Positions 29,939 to 39,191 of a stretch of DNA of 64,000 nt are shown in pieces (within the stretch, counting starts at the first letter, position 1; each line of letters starts with the position of its first letter). The position numbers and the translations under genes were made by a program. Source of the DNA: a virus; the IMG/VR virus record IMGVR_UViG_3300025646_000032, positions 6,029-70,028 of that record. One strand, written 5' to 3'. Below the pieces are notes generated by a model, which saw only the letters and a list, made by a program, of their open reading frames with translations, was not told the origin of the DNA and did no database searches.

Positions 29939-31258
29939 TTAGCCCTCTTGTCCTCCCAAGCTAAATTCTAAGCCGTTTCTAATAACTTCTGCGAGAATAG
30001 TGTGTCTACTAGCATCAAATTTATGGTGTATTGCTGAGAGAACATAAACTCCAGATAACAATCTGTCAAAAACCGGTTTATCATTATCCTCATATTTTTC
30101 ATTGATTGTAGGAAAAGACACATAGATACAATCTCCAACTTGTATGTCTGTTCTTCCAGGTATCTCTATTCTAAATTTATATTGTTGGAAAGAGGCAAAA
30201 TATGATTTTCTCCACATTGTTTGTCCAATGTATTCATCATTATATTCAAAGTCATCATAAAGATAAGAATTCAAAGGTATAAATGTTTGGTTGGCATAAG
30301 GATTGCTGTTTACCATTTTAGGTATTGGAACACCGTCATTTGTTTTTACAAAATCTTTAAAATATTTTTTAGCATCCCAAAAAGATTCAAAGTGCTCGCC
30401 AGTTGTAAAGTTAAAAGCTCGACCCGCACTGGAATAAAATCCTGAGTCCTGTGTTGAAAGAATATCCATTGTAGAAGGTATTTGAACGTCCTCTATAACA
30501 GTAAACCCGTCAGGAAGTTTTGCACCGCGATACCCATATCCATTTTGTCTTCTTGGTACTTTTGTGCCCCCGTGTTCTACTACATAGTGTTCAAACAAAC
30601 TTCCTTGCACTTGTTCTTTAATTATTGTTTCAAGAGTTGAAAAATAAAAACTTTTGTTAGACTCGAAAAATATAAAGTCAGTACCTCCGTTGTTTGCACC
30701 TCTACAGAGCTTAGCTAAATAGTTTAGTGTTCTTATAGGCGTCCAAAAACAGGGTGTAATACTAACTTCAAATTGATGAGGGGTATCTGTTAATACTAAT
30801 TTTCCTTCGTCTTTAATTTTATCAAATAACTTTTGCGCAATCTCATGCGTATAACCTCTAAAAGTTTCTGATAATGTTATAATTTGATCGTTATAACCTT
30901 CTTTTGAAATAAACTGTAATTTAAATCCTTGTTCTCTATCATTAGAAAAGGTTCTACTTTCTAGAGCGTAACACTGGAATGTATGATCAATCATTCCAGC
31001 AGCTGCTTTTTCGAATATTTTTGTTCTATAGGTAATTTTTAAAGTTTCATTTCCTAATATAGGAAAATCTGTAATAAGGTTTGTAGAGTCAGACAGAACA
31101 ATATCTCCGTACATAACGGGAGACCAGATGTCTTCGTAAATATTAACCTCTGCTATAAAATTTTCTATATCTACAGTATTGCCAAATTGATTAGTTAGAG
31201 TTGCTGTCTCTAACTTAACGTCACCCGGCTCAGTACTTTTTTCATCTTCAGCTGACAT
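29939..31258 (-). CDS. Baseplate hub protein, gp27-like
   Basis: NIYEDI, FPILGNE, FFES, IPGRTDIQVGD, LSGVYVLSAIHH; position between gp53 and gp5. Confidence 0.7.
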   Translation of the reverse strand: MSAEDEKSTEPGDVKLETATLTNQFGNTVDIENFIAEVNIYEDIWSPVMYGDIVLSDSTNLITDFPILGNETLKITYRTKIFEKAAAGMIDHTFQCYALESRTFSNDREQGFKLQFISKEGYNDQIITLSETFRGYTHEIAQKLFDKIKDEGKLVLTDTPHQFEVSITPCFWTPIRTLNYLAKLCRGANNGGTDFIFFESNKSFYFSTLETIIKEQVQGSLFEHYVVEHGGTKVPRRQNGYGYRGAKLPDGFTVIEDVQIPSTMDILSTQDSGFYSSAGRAFNFTTGEHFESFWDAKKYFKDFVKTNDGVPIPKMVNSNPYANQTFIPLNSYLYDDFEYNDEYIGQTMWRKSYFASFQQYKFRIEIPGRTDIQVGDCIYVSFPTINEKYEDNDKPVFDRLLSGVYVLSAIHHKFDASRHTILAEVIRNGLEFSLGGQEG

Positions 31259-31261
31259 TTA

Positions 31262-31795
31262 TTATCCTGAAATTAAATCTTGATATCTATCAACAAACGA
31301 AGCAACACTATCTTTTCTTAAAACTTTAATCTGTCTTTTGTTGTCGTTTAATTGTGTTTCATATTCATAGTTTGTTACATCAAGTATCTCACTATTTGCC
31401 CATTTTGCTGGGTCGTAGTCTACTATAATTGGTTCATCATCGTCTTCTGTATCTGCTAAAATATAATGATGAGTATCTGTAGCGTTGTTTGCACCATATT
31501 TATCTTCTACATAATCAAACATATTGTTTTGATGTATTGGCCAATCTGTATTAAGATTTATAATGTCATTAAGAACTAGCACTGTCCAATAATATTCAAC
31601 TGTCCCGTACAATGCCATTGAAACATGTTCAGGCATTTCTCCGTCGGTAACATAATAGTTAACTATAGAAAGTTTTTGATATAACGCTTTTTTTGCTATA
31701 TTATTTTCAATACCAACACGTCTAACTATATCTCTAACTCTTATATTTTTATCTTTAAAAGGATAAATAATAGTTGGTAAATTATTAAAATACAT
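31262..31795 (-). CDS. gp53: Baseplate wedge subunit gp53
   Basis: MYFNNLP, DGEMPE..S..LYG..YYW.VL.LN, YEYE..LND.KRQIKVL. Confidence 0.9.
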   Translation of the reverse strand: MYFNNLPTIIYPFKDKNIRVRDIVRRVGIENNIAKKALYQKLSIVNYYVTDGEMPEHVSMALYGTVEYYWTVLVLNDIINLNTDWPIHQNNMFDYVEDKYGANNATDTHHYILADTEDDDEPIIVDYDPAKWANSEILDVTNYEYETQLNDNKRQIKVLRKDSVASFVDRYQDLISG

Positions 31796-32943
31796 TATAG
31801 TCCGTCCTCAATTCTTTGTGCATTAAGCATATCAAGTTCAGTAAATTCTAACGAAAGATTAATTTCTGCAGGAGCACCGTTTGTGTTTCTGACTGTATTA
31901 AATTGATCTCCGCCATATGTAACTTTCATATTTTTTAAAGCACATGATGCAATCTTATTAATGTGTACGTTTTGACTCCCTCTATAATAATATTCAATAT
32001 TAAATTCTGAAGGATATATTAAAAACAAACCGCTTCCGCTAACTTCAGGGTGCATATGTCTTTTAAACTGATAAATGATATTTTGAACATTTAAATATTC
32101 TTGTTGATTTCTAGGAACAAACTGATAATTAAAAGAAAACTCTCTAAAACGCATAGATTTAAATAATTGTTCTTTGTAAGGGTTAGCTACTTTTCCTGTT
32201 GTTGCTTCAATAGCACCGGCCACGTTCATATCAACTCCAAGTGCTTTAGGAATAGATGCAGCGGCGGCAATAACACCCCTTCCCAATAATTCTGATGTTT
32301 CCGTATTTACAAGTCCTGAAATACTTGTTTTACCACTAGCCAATGCACCAACTACAGGGCCTAATTCCGCTGTTTCCCAATCTGCAGCATAGTTAACTTG
32401 TGGGGGATTATTAATGTGTAAACTAATTGAAGAGTCTAATCTATATTTTGTAGTAGTGTCTGTCATTGCACCTACAATAGTTCCTGCCGCTACTCCAGCA
32501 CCTAATGGTAATAATGCCTTTGCCAATTTACTTGGATTATTACCCAATTGGGTACCCAATGCGGCACCCCCTGCTGCAAGAGCGGCTCCAGCACCCATTA
32601 TTGTATCAGCGTTTTCACCTTTTGCTCTAGATTCTTTGGAAAGATATTCGTTTTGATAGGCTTGTTGGCTAGCAGCCCAGTCCTCATCATTTCCTTTTTG
32701 ATCAAATAGTTGTTTGCCCATTGAACTATTAGATCTAACATTAATATGAAATACCACTGTATGAGGCATGTCAGGGCCGCCTGCATCTGAAGGATAAGAC
32801 ATAACTTTAGGTGTAAAATCATATGTTCTGTTTTCCACAGATTCATTATAACTCGAAACCTGATTTTCGAGTTTTCTCTCTTCTACAACCGTGTCGTTTC
32901 TGTCGCCAGTAAAGTAATTGACAACGTTATCTATCCATTCCAT
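31795..32943 (-). CDS. gp48: Baseplate tail-tube cap gp48
   Basis: NPYKEQLFKSMRFREFSF.YQF.PRN..E, YPSEF, L.FTEL. Confidence 0.85.
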   Translation of the reverse strand: MEWIDNVVNYFTGDRNDTVVEERKLENQVSSYNESVENRTYDFTPKVMSYPSDAGGPDMPHTVVFHINVRSNSSMGKQLFDQKGNDEDWAASQQAYQNEYLSKESRAKGENADTIMGAGAALAAGGAALGTQLGNNPSKLAKALLPLGAGVAAGTIVGAMTDTTTKYRLDSSISLHINNPPQVNYAADWETAELGPVVGALASGKTSISGLVNTETSELLGRGVIAAAASIPKALGVDMNVAGAIEATTGKVANPYKEQLFKSMRFREFSFNYQFVPRNQQEYLNVQNIIYQFKRHMHPEVSGSGLFLIYPSEFNIEYYYRGSQNVHINKIASCALKNMKVTYGGDQFNTVRNTNGAPAEINLSLEFTELDMLNAQRIEDGL

Positions 32944-32957
32944 TTATGGTTTCCCCG

Positions 32958-32985
32958 TATAAATAAACATGTTATAGTATTTATA
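32958..32985. promoter_or_regulatory. Pair of opposed late promoters (TATAAATA on + at 32958, on - at 32978-32985)
   Basis: Two exact matches in the gap between divergent gp48 and gp4. Confidence 0.75.
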
Positions 32986-33001
32986 AAGGTTTCGTGATCT
33001 T

Positions 33002-33445
33002 ATGTCAATGTATTCTAAAGATGTTTATCAAGGAAGGTATGTTCCCACAAATCCTTCTAAGTATAAGGGAGATGTGACTAACATTATTTATAGAAGTTCT
33101 TACGAACTAAAATTTATGAATTGGTGTGATAAAAACAAAGATGTAAAACAGTGGGGATCAGAAGAAGTTTGTATTCCTTACAGATCTCCTTTAGATAAAA
33201 AAGTTCACCGATATTTTCCAGACTTTTACATTAAAGTAAACAACAAAAAATATCTAATAGAAGTCAAGCCTTACAAATTCACAAAAGAGCCAGTAATTCC
33301 AAAACGTAAAACAAAACGCTTTATTAATGAGGTTATGCAATACGGTGTAAACTTAGCTAAGTGGGAAACTGCAAAAGAATTCTGCTTAGATCGTGGGTGG
33401 GAGTTTTTGGTTATTACAGAGAAGGAGCTCGGCTTACCATTATAA
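33002..33445 (+). CDS. gp4: Head completion protein gp4 (TnsA-like nuclease fold)
   Basis: NPSKYKGD..IIYRSSYE, WGSEE, HRYFPDF, IEVKP, N.AKW. Confidence 0.9.
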   Translation: MSMYSKDVYQGRYVPTNPSKYKGDVTNIIYRSSYELKFMNWCDKNKDVKQWGSEEVCIPYRSPLDKKVHRYFPDFYIKVNNKKYLIEVKPYKFTKEPVIPKRKTKRFINEVMQYGVNLAKWETAKEFCLDRGWEFLVITEKELGLPL

Positions 33446-33448
33446 ATA
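33441..33448 (+). promoter_or_regulatory. Late promoter TATAAATA
   Basis: Exact match 5 nt before the gp2 ATG. Confidence 0.65.
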
Positions 33449-33453
33449 GTGGT

Positions 33454-34011
33454 ATGGCGACTACACCGTTTACAGATATTAAAACAGAAGCAGGTACCCA
33501 AGATAGATCCTATCGTTGGTATATGTCTGCGATTAATAGATTAGCAGGAAACATACAAAATCAATCTTCTGTTTTTAGATCAGATATCGGAGAGTTAAAA
33601 GGCTCTTTAGAGATAGGTCATATGTATATGTTTTTGTATGATCCAAAGACAAAAGACACTTTACCTTATTGGGATAAATTTCCACTTTGTATACCTTATG
33701 AAAATACTAAAGGTGGGTGGTACGGATTAAACTTACATTACATACCCCCTATGCTTAGAATGCAACTTCTTGGCAAACTGTTAGATTATACAAACGAAGG
33801 TAAAATGGATGCTGCATGGGGATTGTTAAAAAATACTTCCAGATTTAAGGGAGTAAAACCATGTGTAAAGAGATACCTAGTAAGCCATGTAAAATCAAGA
33901 TTTTTAAAAGTAGATCCAGAACACTGGAAGGCTGCAATATTATTACCTTTGGCGGATTTCAAAGGAGCAACCAATCAGGAAGTATGGTCCGATAGCAGGA
34001 ATTCACTATAA
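33454..34011 (+). CDS. gp2: DNA end protector protein gp2
   Basis: YDPKTKDTLPYWDKFPL, GLNLHYIPP, CVKRYL; start moved to ATG 33454. Confidence 0.9.
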   Translation: MATTPFTDIKTEAGTQDRSYRWYMSAINRLAGNIQNQSSVFRSDIGELKGSLEIGHMYMFLYDPKTKDTLPYWDKFPLCIPYENTKGGWYGLNLHYIPPMLRMQLLGKLLDYTNEGKMDAAWGLLKNTSRFKGVKPCVKRYLVSHVKSRFLKVDPEHWKAAILLPLADFKGATNQEVWSDSRNSL

Positions 34012-34544
34012 TGGCAAATTCAAGTTTTAAAATTAGCGACTTTTTAGGAACGGTTCGCAATTCACAAACACAAAGATCAGATAGATTTGAGGTTAGTTTT
34101 TTTCCTCCCGCAGCAGTTGGGGCAGGTAACGCTACAAGACTTGCTTCTATTCTTTGTGAAGAAGCACAAGTTCCCGGACTATCAGGAACAGTAGCTCCCC
34201 TTAAGGTTGGTGCATGGACAGAAATGAGAGTCAAAAATATAGAGTTTTTAGGTGAGGAGTATGTTTATACTTTTGTTTGTGATGAAGGATGGGGAATACG
34301 TTCCATGTTAGAAAATTGGATGAACTATATTGCAAGTCCAAGATCTAAAGAACTAGCATTTCCTTCAGACTATATGGGACAAGTTAAAGTTTCAACACTT
34401 AACACTAAAGACGAAATAACAGGCTCATGGATGCTATATGATGCATTTCCTAAGCTTCTAAACGTAGTTCCTGTCAGTGCAGGAAATCCAGGTATTATTA
34501 GACTATCGTGTACTTTCGCATCAACCTGGTGGGAGCGACAGTAA
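34011..34544 (+). CDS. Tail tube initiator gp54 / gp19-like
   Basis: RSDRFEV, LCEEAQVPG, ENWMNYI, LYDAFP. Confidence 0.75.
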   Translation: MANSSFKISDFLGTVRNSQTQRSDRFEVSFFPPAAVGAGNATRLASILCEEAQVPGLSGTVAPLKVGAWTEMRVKNIEFLGEEYVYTFVCDEGWGIRSMLENWMNYIASPRSKELAFPSDYMGQVKVSTLNTKDEITGSWMLYDAFPKLLNVVPVSAGNPGIIRLSCTFASTWWERQ

Positions 34545-34550
34545 AAAATA

Positions 34551-35252
34551 ATGGAGAAAATTATGTTACCAAAATTTGAAACGCCTACCTTTAAAGTTAC
34601 TTTAAAGTCAAGTAAAAAAGAATACAAATGTAGGCCCTTCCTTGTAAAGGAAGAAAAACTATTAACAATGGCAGCTGCGTCTGACAATTATCAAGAAATG
34701 ATTGCTTGTTGTCAACAAGTTTGCCAAAACTGTTTATTAGACGAGTTAAATGTTGAAAATTTAACTATGTTTGATTTACAGTGGTTGTTTTTACAAATTA
34801 AAGCAAAATCGGTGGGAGAAACTCACCCATTTACACTAATTTGTGGAAACTGCGATGCAACTTCGCCATGGGAGGTAAACTTTAATGAGTTTACACTTAA
34901 TAGAGATGACGTTGATTATGAGAAAAAAATTGCTGTAAATGAAGAAGCAGGATTAATTTTACGATACCCGACAAGCACATTAGTTTCTAAAATTGAAGAA
35001 ACTGATGATTTAGATATTATCAGAGCGTGTATTAAAAATGTGTATACTGCAGATGAAGTTATTGACTTTTCAGAAGTAAGTGACGAAGAGGCACTCGAGT
35101 TCATTGAAGGCTTACCAATTCAGACATTAAAAGATATCAGAGAGTACTTTGAAACAATGCCTTATTTGGAAAAGACTATTGATTATAATTGTCCCAAATG
35201 TAAAGAGGACAATCAAGTTTACATTAATGGATATGAACATTTTTTCGGCTAA
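34551..35252 (+). CDS. gp26: Baseplate hub assembly protein gp26
   Basis: LPK..TP, RPFLVKEEK.L, FDLQWLFLQIKAKSVGE, two CxxC, ends GYEHFFG. Confidence 0.85.
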   Translation: MEKIMLPKFETPTFKVTLKSSKKEYKCRPFLVKEEKLLTMAAASDNYQEMIACCQQVCQNCLLDELNVENLTMFDLQWLFLQIKAKSVGETHPFTLICGNCDATSPWEVNFNEFTLNRDDVDYEKKIAVNEEAGLILRYPTSTLVSKIEETDDLDIIRACIKNVYTADEVIDFSEVSDEEALEFIEGLPIQTLKDIREYFETMPYLEKTIDYNCPKCKEDNQVYINGYEHFFG

Positions 35253-35431
35253 CTCTTTCTCAGGATTCGTTGGAGAATTATTACAAAACGAATTTCTTAT
35301 TGATGCAAGAACATCATTATAGTTTAACAGAGTTAGAAGATATGATGCCCTGGGAAAGAGAAGTTTATGTTACTATGTTGATACAGCACTTGGCTAAGAA
35401 AGCAGAAAAACAACAACAAAACAAGGGTTAA
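35240..35431 (+). CDS. gp51: gp51-like baseplate hub assembly chaperone, probably reached by -1 frameshift from gp26
   Basis: Not in ORF track. The -1 frame reads FFRLTLSQDSLENYYKTNFLLMQEHHYSLTELEDMMPWEREVYVTMLIQHL...; first ATG is only at 35303. Confidence 0.75.
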   Translation, partial: FFRLTLSQDSLENYYKTNFLLMQEHHYSLTELEDMMPWEREVYVTMLIQHLAKKAEKQQQNKG

Positions 35432-35434
35432 AAA

Positions 35435-38400
35435 ATGGCATTAGACCGTTCAAAAATTAGACAGGCACAGGAAGAATTAGAACAGCTTCTAGAAGAAGGT
35501 ATTGGTTTAGAAGGCAAAAAAGCAGCCGATCACAAACTAAAAGTTTCTAGAAAAAGAAAAGAGGTTCGACGATTAGAAAAGCAATTGTCTGGCGATGCTC
35601 AAGGTGCGCGCCAAGGCGATTCTTCCGCTGTTGATCAAAAGTCTGACGAACGGATTGCCGCAGAAAGAGAGATTAAAGATCAGTCTCAGAAAGATGTTCG
35701 CGGTGAAGATGTTAACGCAATGGATAAAGTGCGTATTGGCGGTAAGTCTACTGTACGACAAGAAGTAGACAAACAAGGCAGGACAAAATACAGAGACGAA
35801 AAATCAGGACGATATGCTAATGAAGAAGCATATCAAGATAGTGAAAGTCGTATCTCAATGCTTGCCAACTCTATTAAAAAGGGTGCAACTACAGGCCCCA
35901 CTTTAGCTACAACAACAAAAGCAAATCAGTTTGGTATATCTTCAGCATCTGCTAATATATCTAGAAGTTTAGGTGACAACGCTGGCTCTATCCAGAAAAT
36001 GATGGATAAAGCAGAGCCTGGTACAAAAGATGAGTTGAAAAAACTTATTGATATGATGCAAAATGCCCAAACTCTAAGAGGGCAAGACGCTTTAGAAGCA
36101 AAACAAAAAATTATACAACAAAAAGAGACATTAAGACTAACTGCAGGTGAGCAAGGAGACGCGCTTATTAGCAAGTTAGGCATGGATACATTACAAAAAG
36201 ATTTAAATAAAGGAAGCCGTATTAAAGAAGCCTTAAACATAGATCAAGACGCCACAGGGTTTAAGGCAATAAAGCAGGCGTTCTCACCAACAAGATTATT
36301 TGGCGATCCTAACACCGGAGGATTGTCTAATTTTTATACAGCCGGTCAACAAGAAGCTGTTGCTAAAAAAGAAGCCGCTGTCGCCTTTGAGCAGAAACAA
36401 CAAAACACCGGGCTCAACACTGCTGGCGAGTTATTGGAAGTTACAAAGCAAGAAGCAAAAGACGACGACAAAAAAGAACAAAGAGAAATAAAACAATCTA
36501 AAAAAGAACAATTAGCAAAAGAAGGTTTTGATGGTGGTGTAAAAGAGTCAGACGATGTTGTTAAGTTATTAGAAGAAATTCGTGACATTTTAGAAAACAT
36601 GTCAGGGGGAATGGGCGCCGCTGGTGGTGGCGGTGGTGGTGGCGGTGGCGTGGGCCTCCTCGGTACCGCTGCGGCAGGTGCAGGCGCCGGTGGACTTTTT
36701 GCTTCAGCAAAAGCAAAAGGTGGACAATTACTACAAGGTGCAAGAAGTGCTGGTGGTAAAATTGTAGGTAGTGCAAGAGCAGCTGGCGGTGCATTAATGA
36801 GGGGTGCAGGAAAGCTATTAAGAGGCAGAGGTGCTTTAATAGCAGGCGGTGCAGCACTACTAGGATACGGTGCATCCAAAATATTTGGTGGTGATGATGA
36901 AGAACAAGCAGATGCTGCAAGTTCAGGTGAAGAAGCAAGTTCAGGAAAAACTGCTTATGACAGAGCAAAAAACCGAGCAGATCGACGATTTGCACTTGCA
37001 GATCCTAATGTATCTGCTGTAGATGAGTCTGGTAATCCTATAGACACAACACAAGGAGACGCAGTACCAAGAGAAGGAAGTACCAATGATTCTATGGCAG
37101 GCATTCGTGGAGCACTCACAGGCGAGACAAGAGAAGAAGCCAATGCCAGATTAGAAAAATTAAAAAATCAAGAAGGTGACGCGGCCGAGCAGGAAGCCTT
37201 GCAAAGAGAACTTAATGCTAGTGATGCGGCTTTGTATGACAATGCTGCCGAGATGGGTGCGTTACCAAGCCAAAATATGGGAAACTCTGCCGACGGTTTA
37301 CAAGATGCCTCTGATAGAGCGGCGGCGCAACTTCCATCATCAGGTGCAGTTGCTGCAACAGGTGCAGCAGGAGCAACAATAGCTGGTATGGGATCAGGAG
37401 ATGCCGCACTAACTGCAACCATGGCGCGCGGCGGAGGACAAACTGCTGCTAAAGCAACGAGCGTTGGTGGCAGATTGATGTCCGGCCTCAAAACAGCTGG
37501 CCGTGTAGTAGGTAAAGTTGCACTTCCTGTTACAGCAGGATTAGCTGCATATGATGCTTACAAAGGATTCAATGCAGACGAAAATGCTAGTTTTGGCGAC
37601 AAACTTAAGAACGCTGGTAGTAGTGTATTAAGTGGTTTAACATTTGGTTTATTAGGTACAAGTGCAGATGAGACTAAAGAACAAGCAGTAGCAAACGGTC
37701 CTGCTATGGAACCAGAGTCAGGAGATGGAGACGATAGCGAAGATGGTAAAGCCAAAGGAAAAGCGGTAAAAAATTCACACCCAGAAACCGGTGATGGATT
37801 CCAACCATTGGATCCTGATGGTAATCCGGTTGTAGACGCACAAGGAAGGCCCGCAATATTTACAAAAGAAAACGCAGAGGCATTTTCTGCAATGATAGCA
37901 GACTCTGATGGAGCCGTAAAAGGATCAGATATTGCAAGTAGTCAAAGATCGTTAGAAAAGAATATTGCAGTGGGCGGCGCGACAAGATCCAAACACATGA
38001 CCGGGTCTGCAATGGACATACACGGAACATCAAATACATGGATTAGACAAAACGGTAGTCAGTATGGATGGAGAGCAAATGATTACAGTGGCTCGCACGG
38101 AGGACATTTTATTGCTGCATCTGGAGGTCCATTACCATCTGGAGCTGCTTTAGCATCTGCACCTATGATGTCTTCCGGTGGTGGAGGCGGCGGTGGCGGT
38201 GGCGGAAGTTTGTCATCGGGTGGTCCGATGGCGGCAATGTCTGCTGCTTTATCTTCTGGTAGTTCCTCTTCTGGTTCAAGATCCTCATCACTAGCAGCTG
38301 CTAGTAGTTCTCCGTCACCAACAATGGGAAGTATTCAACCTACAATGGTTGCAGAAAGTCCTACAGGCCCAGCAGTAGAAAATATGACACAAATAGCTTC

Positions 38401-38557
38401 TAACCAAGCTACTGTACCTCCTCCAGCTGTTATTAATAACATAACTAATAATAGCGGCGGAAAAGGTGTTAATAATCTTCCCCCAGCAGGAATTAGTCCT
38501 AGAGGGACACGACAAAGTACAATGGAACGTTTCTTAGATAGAAGATTCTACGGCTAA
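35435..38557 (+). CDS. Tape-measure/gp29-like tail protein with a peptidase M15-like domain
   Basis: Long helical A/G-rich protein after gp26/gp51; S.QRS..N..VGGA.RSKHMTGSAMDI..GHF metallopeptidase motif. Confidence 0.7.
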   Translation: MALDRSKIRQAQEELEQLLEEGIGLEGKKAADHKLKVSRKRKEVRRLEKQLSGDAQGARQGDSSAVDQKSDERIAAEREIKDQSQKDVRGEDVNAMDKVRIGGKSTVRQEVDKQGRTKYRDEKSGRYANEEAYQDSESRISMLANSIKKGATTGPTLATTTKANQFGISSASANISRSLGDNAGSIQKMMDKAEPGTKDELKKLIDMMQNAQTLRGQDALEAKQKIIQQKETLRLTAGEQGDALISKLGMDTLQKDLNKGSRIKEALNIDQDATGFKAIKQAFSPTRLFGDPNTGGLSNFYTAGQQEAVAKKEAAVAFEQKQQNTGLNTAGELLEVTKQEAKDDDKKEQREIKQSKKEQLAKEGFDGGVKESDDVVKLLEEIRDILENMSGGMGAAGGGGGGGGGVGLLGTAAAGAGAGGLFASAKAKGGQLLQGARSAGGKIVGSARAAGGALMRGAGKLLRGRGALIAGGAALLGYGASKIFGGDDEEQADAASSGEEASSGKTAYDRAKNRADRRFALADPNVSAVDESGNPIDTTQGDAVPREGSTNDSMAGIRGALTGETREEANARLEKLKNQEGDAAEQEALQRELNASDAALYDNAAEMGALPSQNMGNSADGLQDASDRAAAQLPSSGAVAATGAAGATIAGMGSGDAALTATMARGGGQTAAKATSVGGRLMSGLKTAGRVVGKVALPVTAGLAAYDAYKGFNADENASFGDKLKNAGSSVLSGLTFGLLGTSADETKEQAVANGPAMEPESGDGDDSEDGKAKGKAVKNSHPETGDGFQPLDPDGNPVVDAQGRPAIFTKENAEAFSAMIADSDGAVKGSDIASSQRSLEKNIAVGGATRSKHMTGSAMDIHGTSNTWIRQNGSQYGWRANDYSGSHGGHFIAASGGPLPSGAALASAPMMSSGGGGGGGGGGSLSSGGPMAAMSAALSSGSSSSGSRSSSLAAASSSPSPTMGSIQPTMVAESPTGPAVENMTQIASNQATVPPPAVINNITNNSGGKGVNNLPPAGISPRGTRQSTMERFLDRRFYG

Positions 38558-38941
38558 ACTGTTAGTAGTATACACGACATTCTTAATTCCAAACGTCGCT
38601 AAGGCTCTCTGACAGCCTTTACAAGGCTTGGCTATACCTGGTATAACCTCTTTTCCATTAGATGTGCGGCGTGCTCTTACAATATACATTGTATGTTTAC
38701 TTAGATCTTTGAGCCTATTCTTACTCTTAATATAGTTTAAAATACACTCTGTTTCTGCGTGTAAAAAGATAGCGTCGTCATTACTGCTGTATTTAAACTG
38801 AAAAGGATGAGACTTTTTCTTATTTGTACCAATAGTTATTATTCGTCCCTTTTTATCAACAATAGCTGCTGCCATACGACTACCGCGTACAGGCTCTACA
38901 GTATTAGCAAGCTCTAGTAGTAACTTTACAATAGTATCCAT
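38534..38941 (-). CDS. Zinc-dependent cytidine/dCMP deaminase-fold protein
   Basis: LHAE and AKPCKGC motifs; start moved to 38941 because the longer ORF overlaps tRNA-Leu. Confidence 0.8.
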   Translation of the reverse strand: MDTIVKLLLELANTVEPVRGSRMAAAIVDKKGRIITIGTNKKKSHPFQFKYSSNDDAIFLHAETECILNYIKSKNRLKDLSKHTMYIVRARRTSNGKEVIPGIAKPCKGCQRALATFGIKNVVYTTNSLAVESSI

Positions 38942-38947
38942 AATAAT

Positions 38948-39033
38948 TGGTGCCCGTGGCCAGACTCGAACTGGCACGATCAATGATCGAGAGATTTTAA
39001 GTCTCTTGTGTCTACCTATTCCACCACACGGGC
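38948..39033 (-). tRNA. tRNA-Leu (TAA)
   Basis: GCCCGTG acceptor stem, AGAGA-CTTAAAA-TCTCT anticodon arm, long variable arm, GTTCGAG T-loop, encoded CCA. Confidence 0.95.
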
Positions 39034-39077
39034 TTTGAGCAAGGATGATCCTTAAATTGTAGTAAATAGAAATTTTC

Positions 39078-39154
39078 TGGCGCGCCCGGCAGGACTCGAA
39101 CCTGCAACCCTCGGCTTAGAAGGCCGATGCTCTATCCAGTTGAGCTACGGGCGC
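39078..39154 (-). tRNA. tRNA-Arg (TCT)
   Basis: GCGCCCG acceptor stem, TCGGC-CTTCTAA-GCCGA anticodon arm, GTTCGAG, encoded CCA. Confidence 0.95.
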
Positions 39155-39160
39155 CTTCAG

Positions 39161-39187
39161 AAAAAAGGGGGAGGGTTACTCCCCCCA
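39161..39187 (-). terminator. Intrinsic terminator after gp32
   Basis: GGGGGAG..CTCCCCC stem followed by T6. Confidence 0.75.
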
Positions 39188-39191
39188 CACC

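Noticed and set aside
33002-33445. Tn7 TnsA transposase
   Set aside because: Motifs and synteny identify gp4 head completion protein; no other transposon genes or ends
38942-38983. N-terminal extension of the deaminase in the ORF track
   Set aside because: Overlaps the tRNA-Leu T-arm and acceptor stem; ATG 38941 is more plausible
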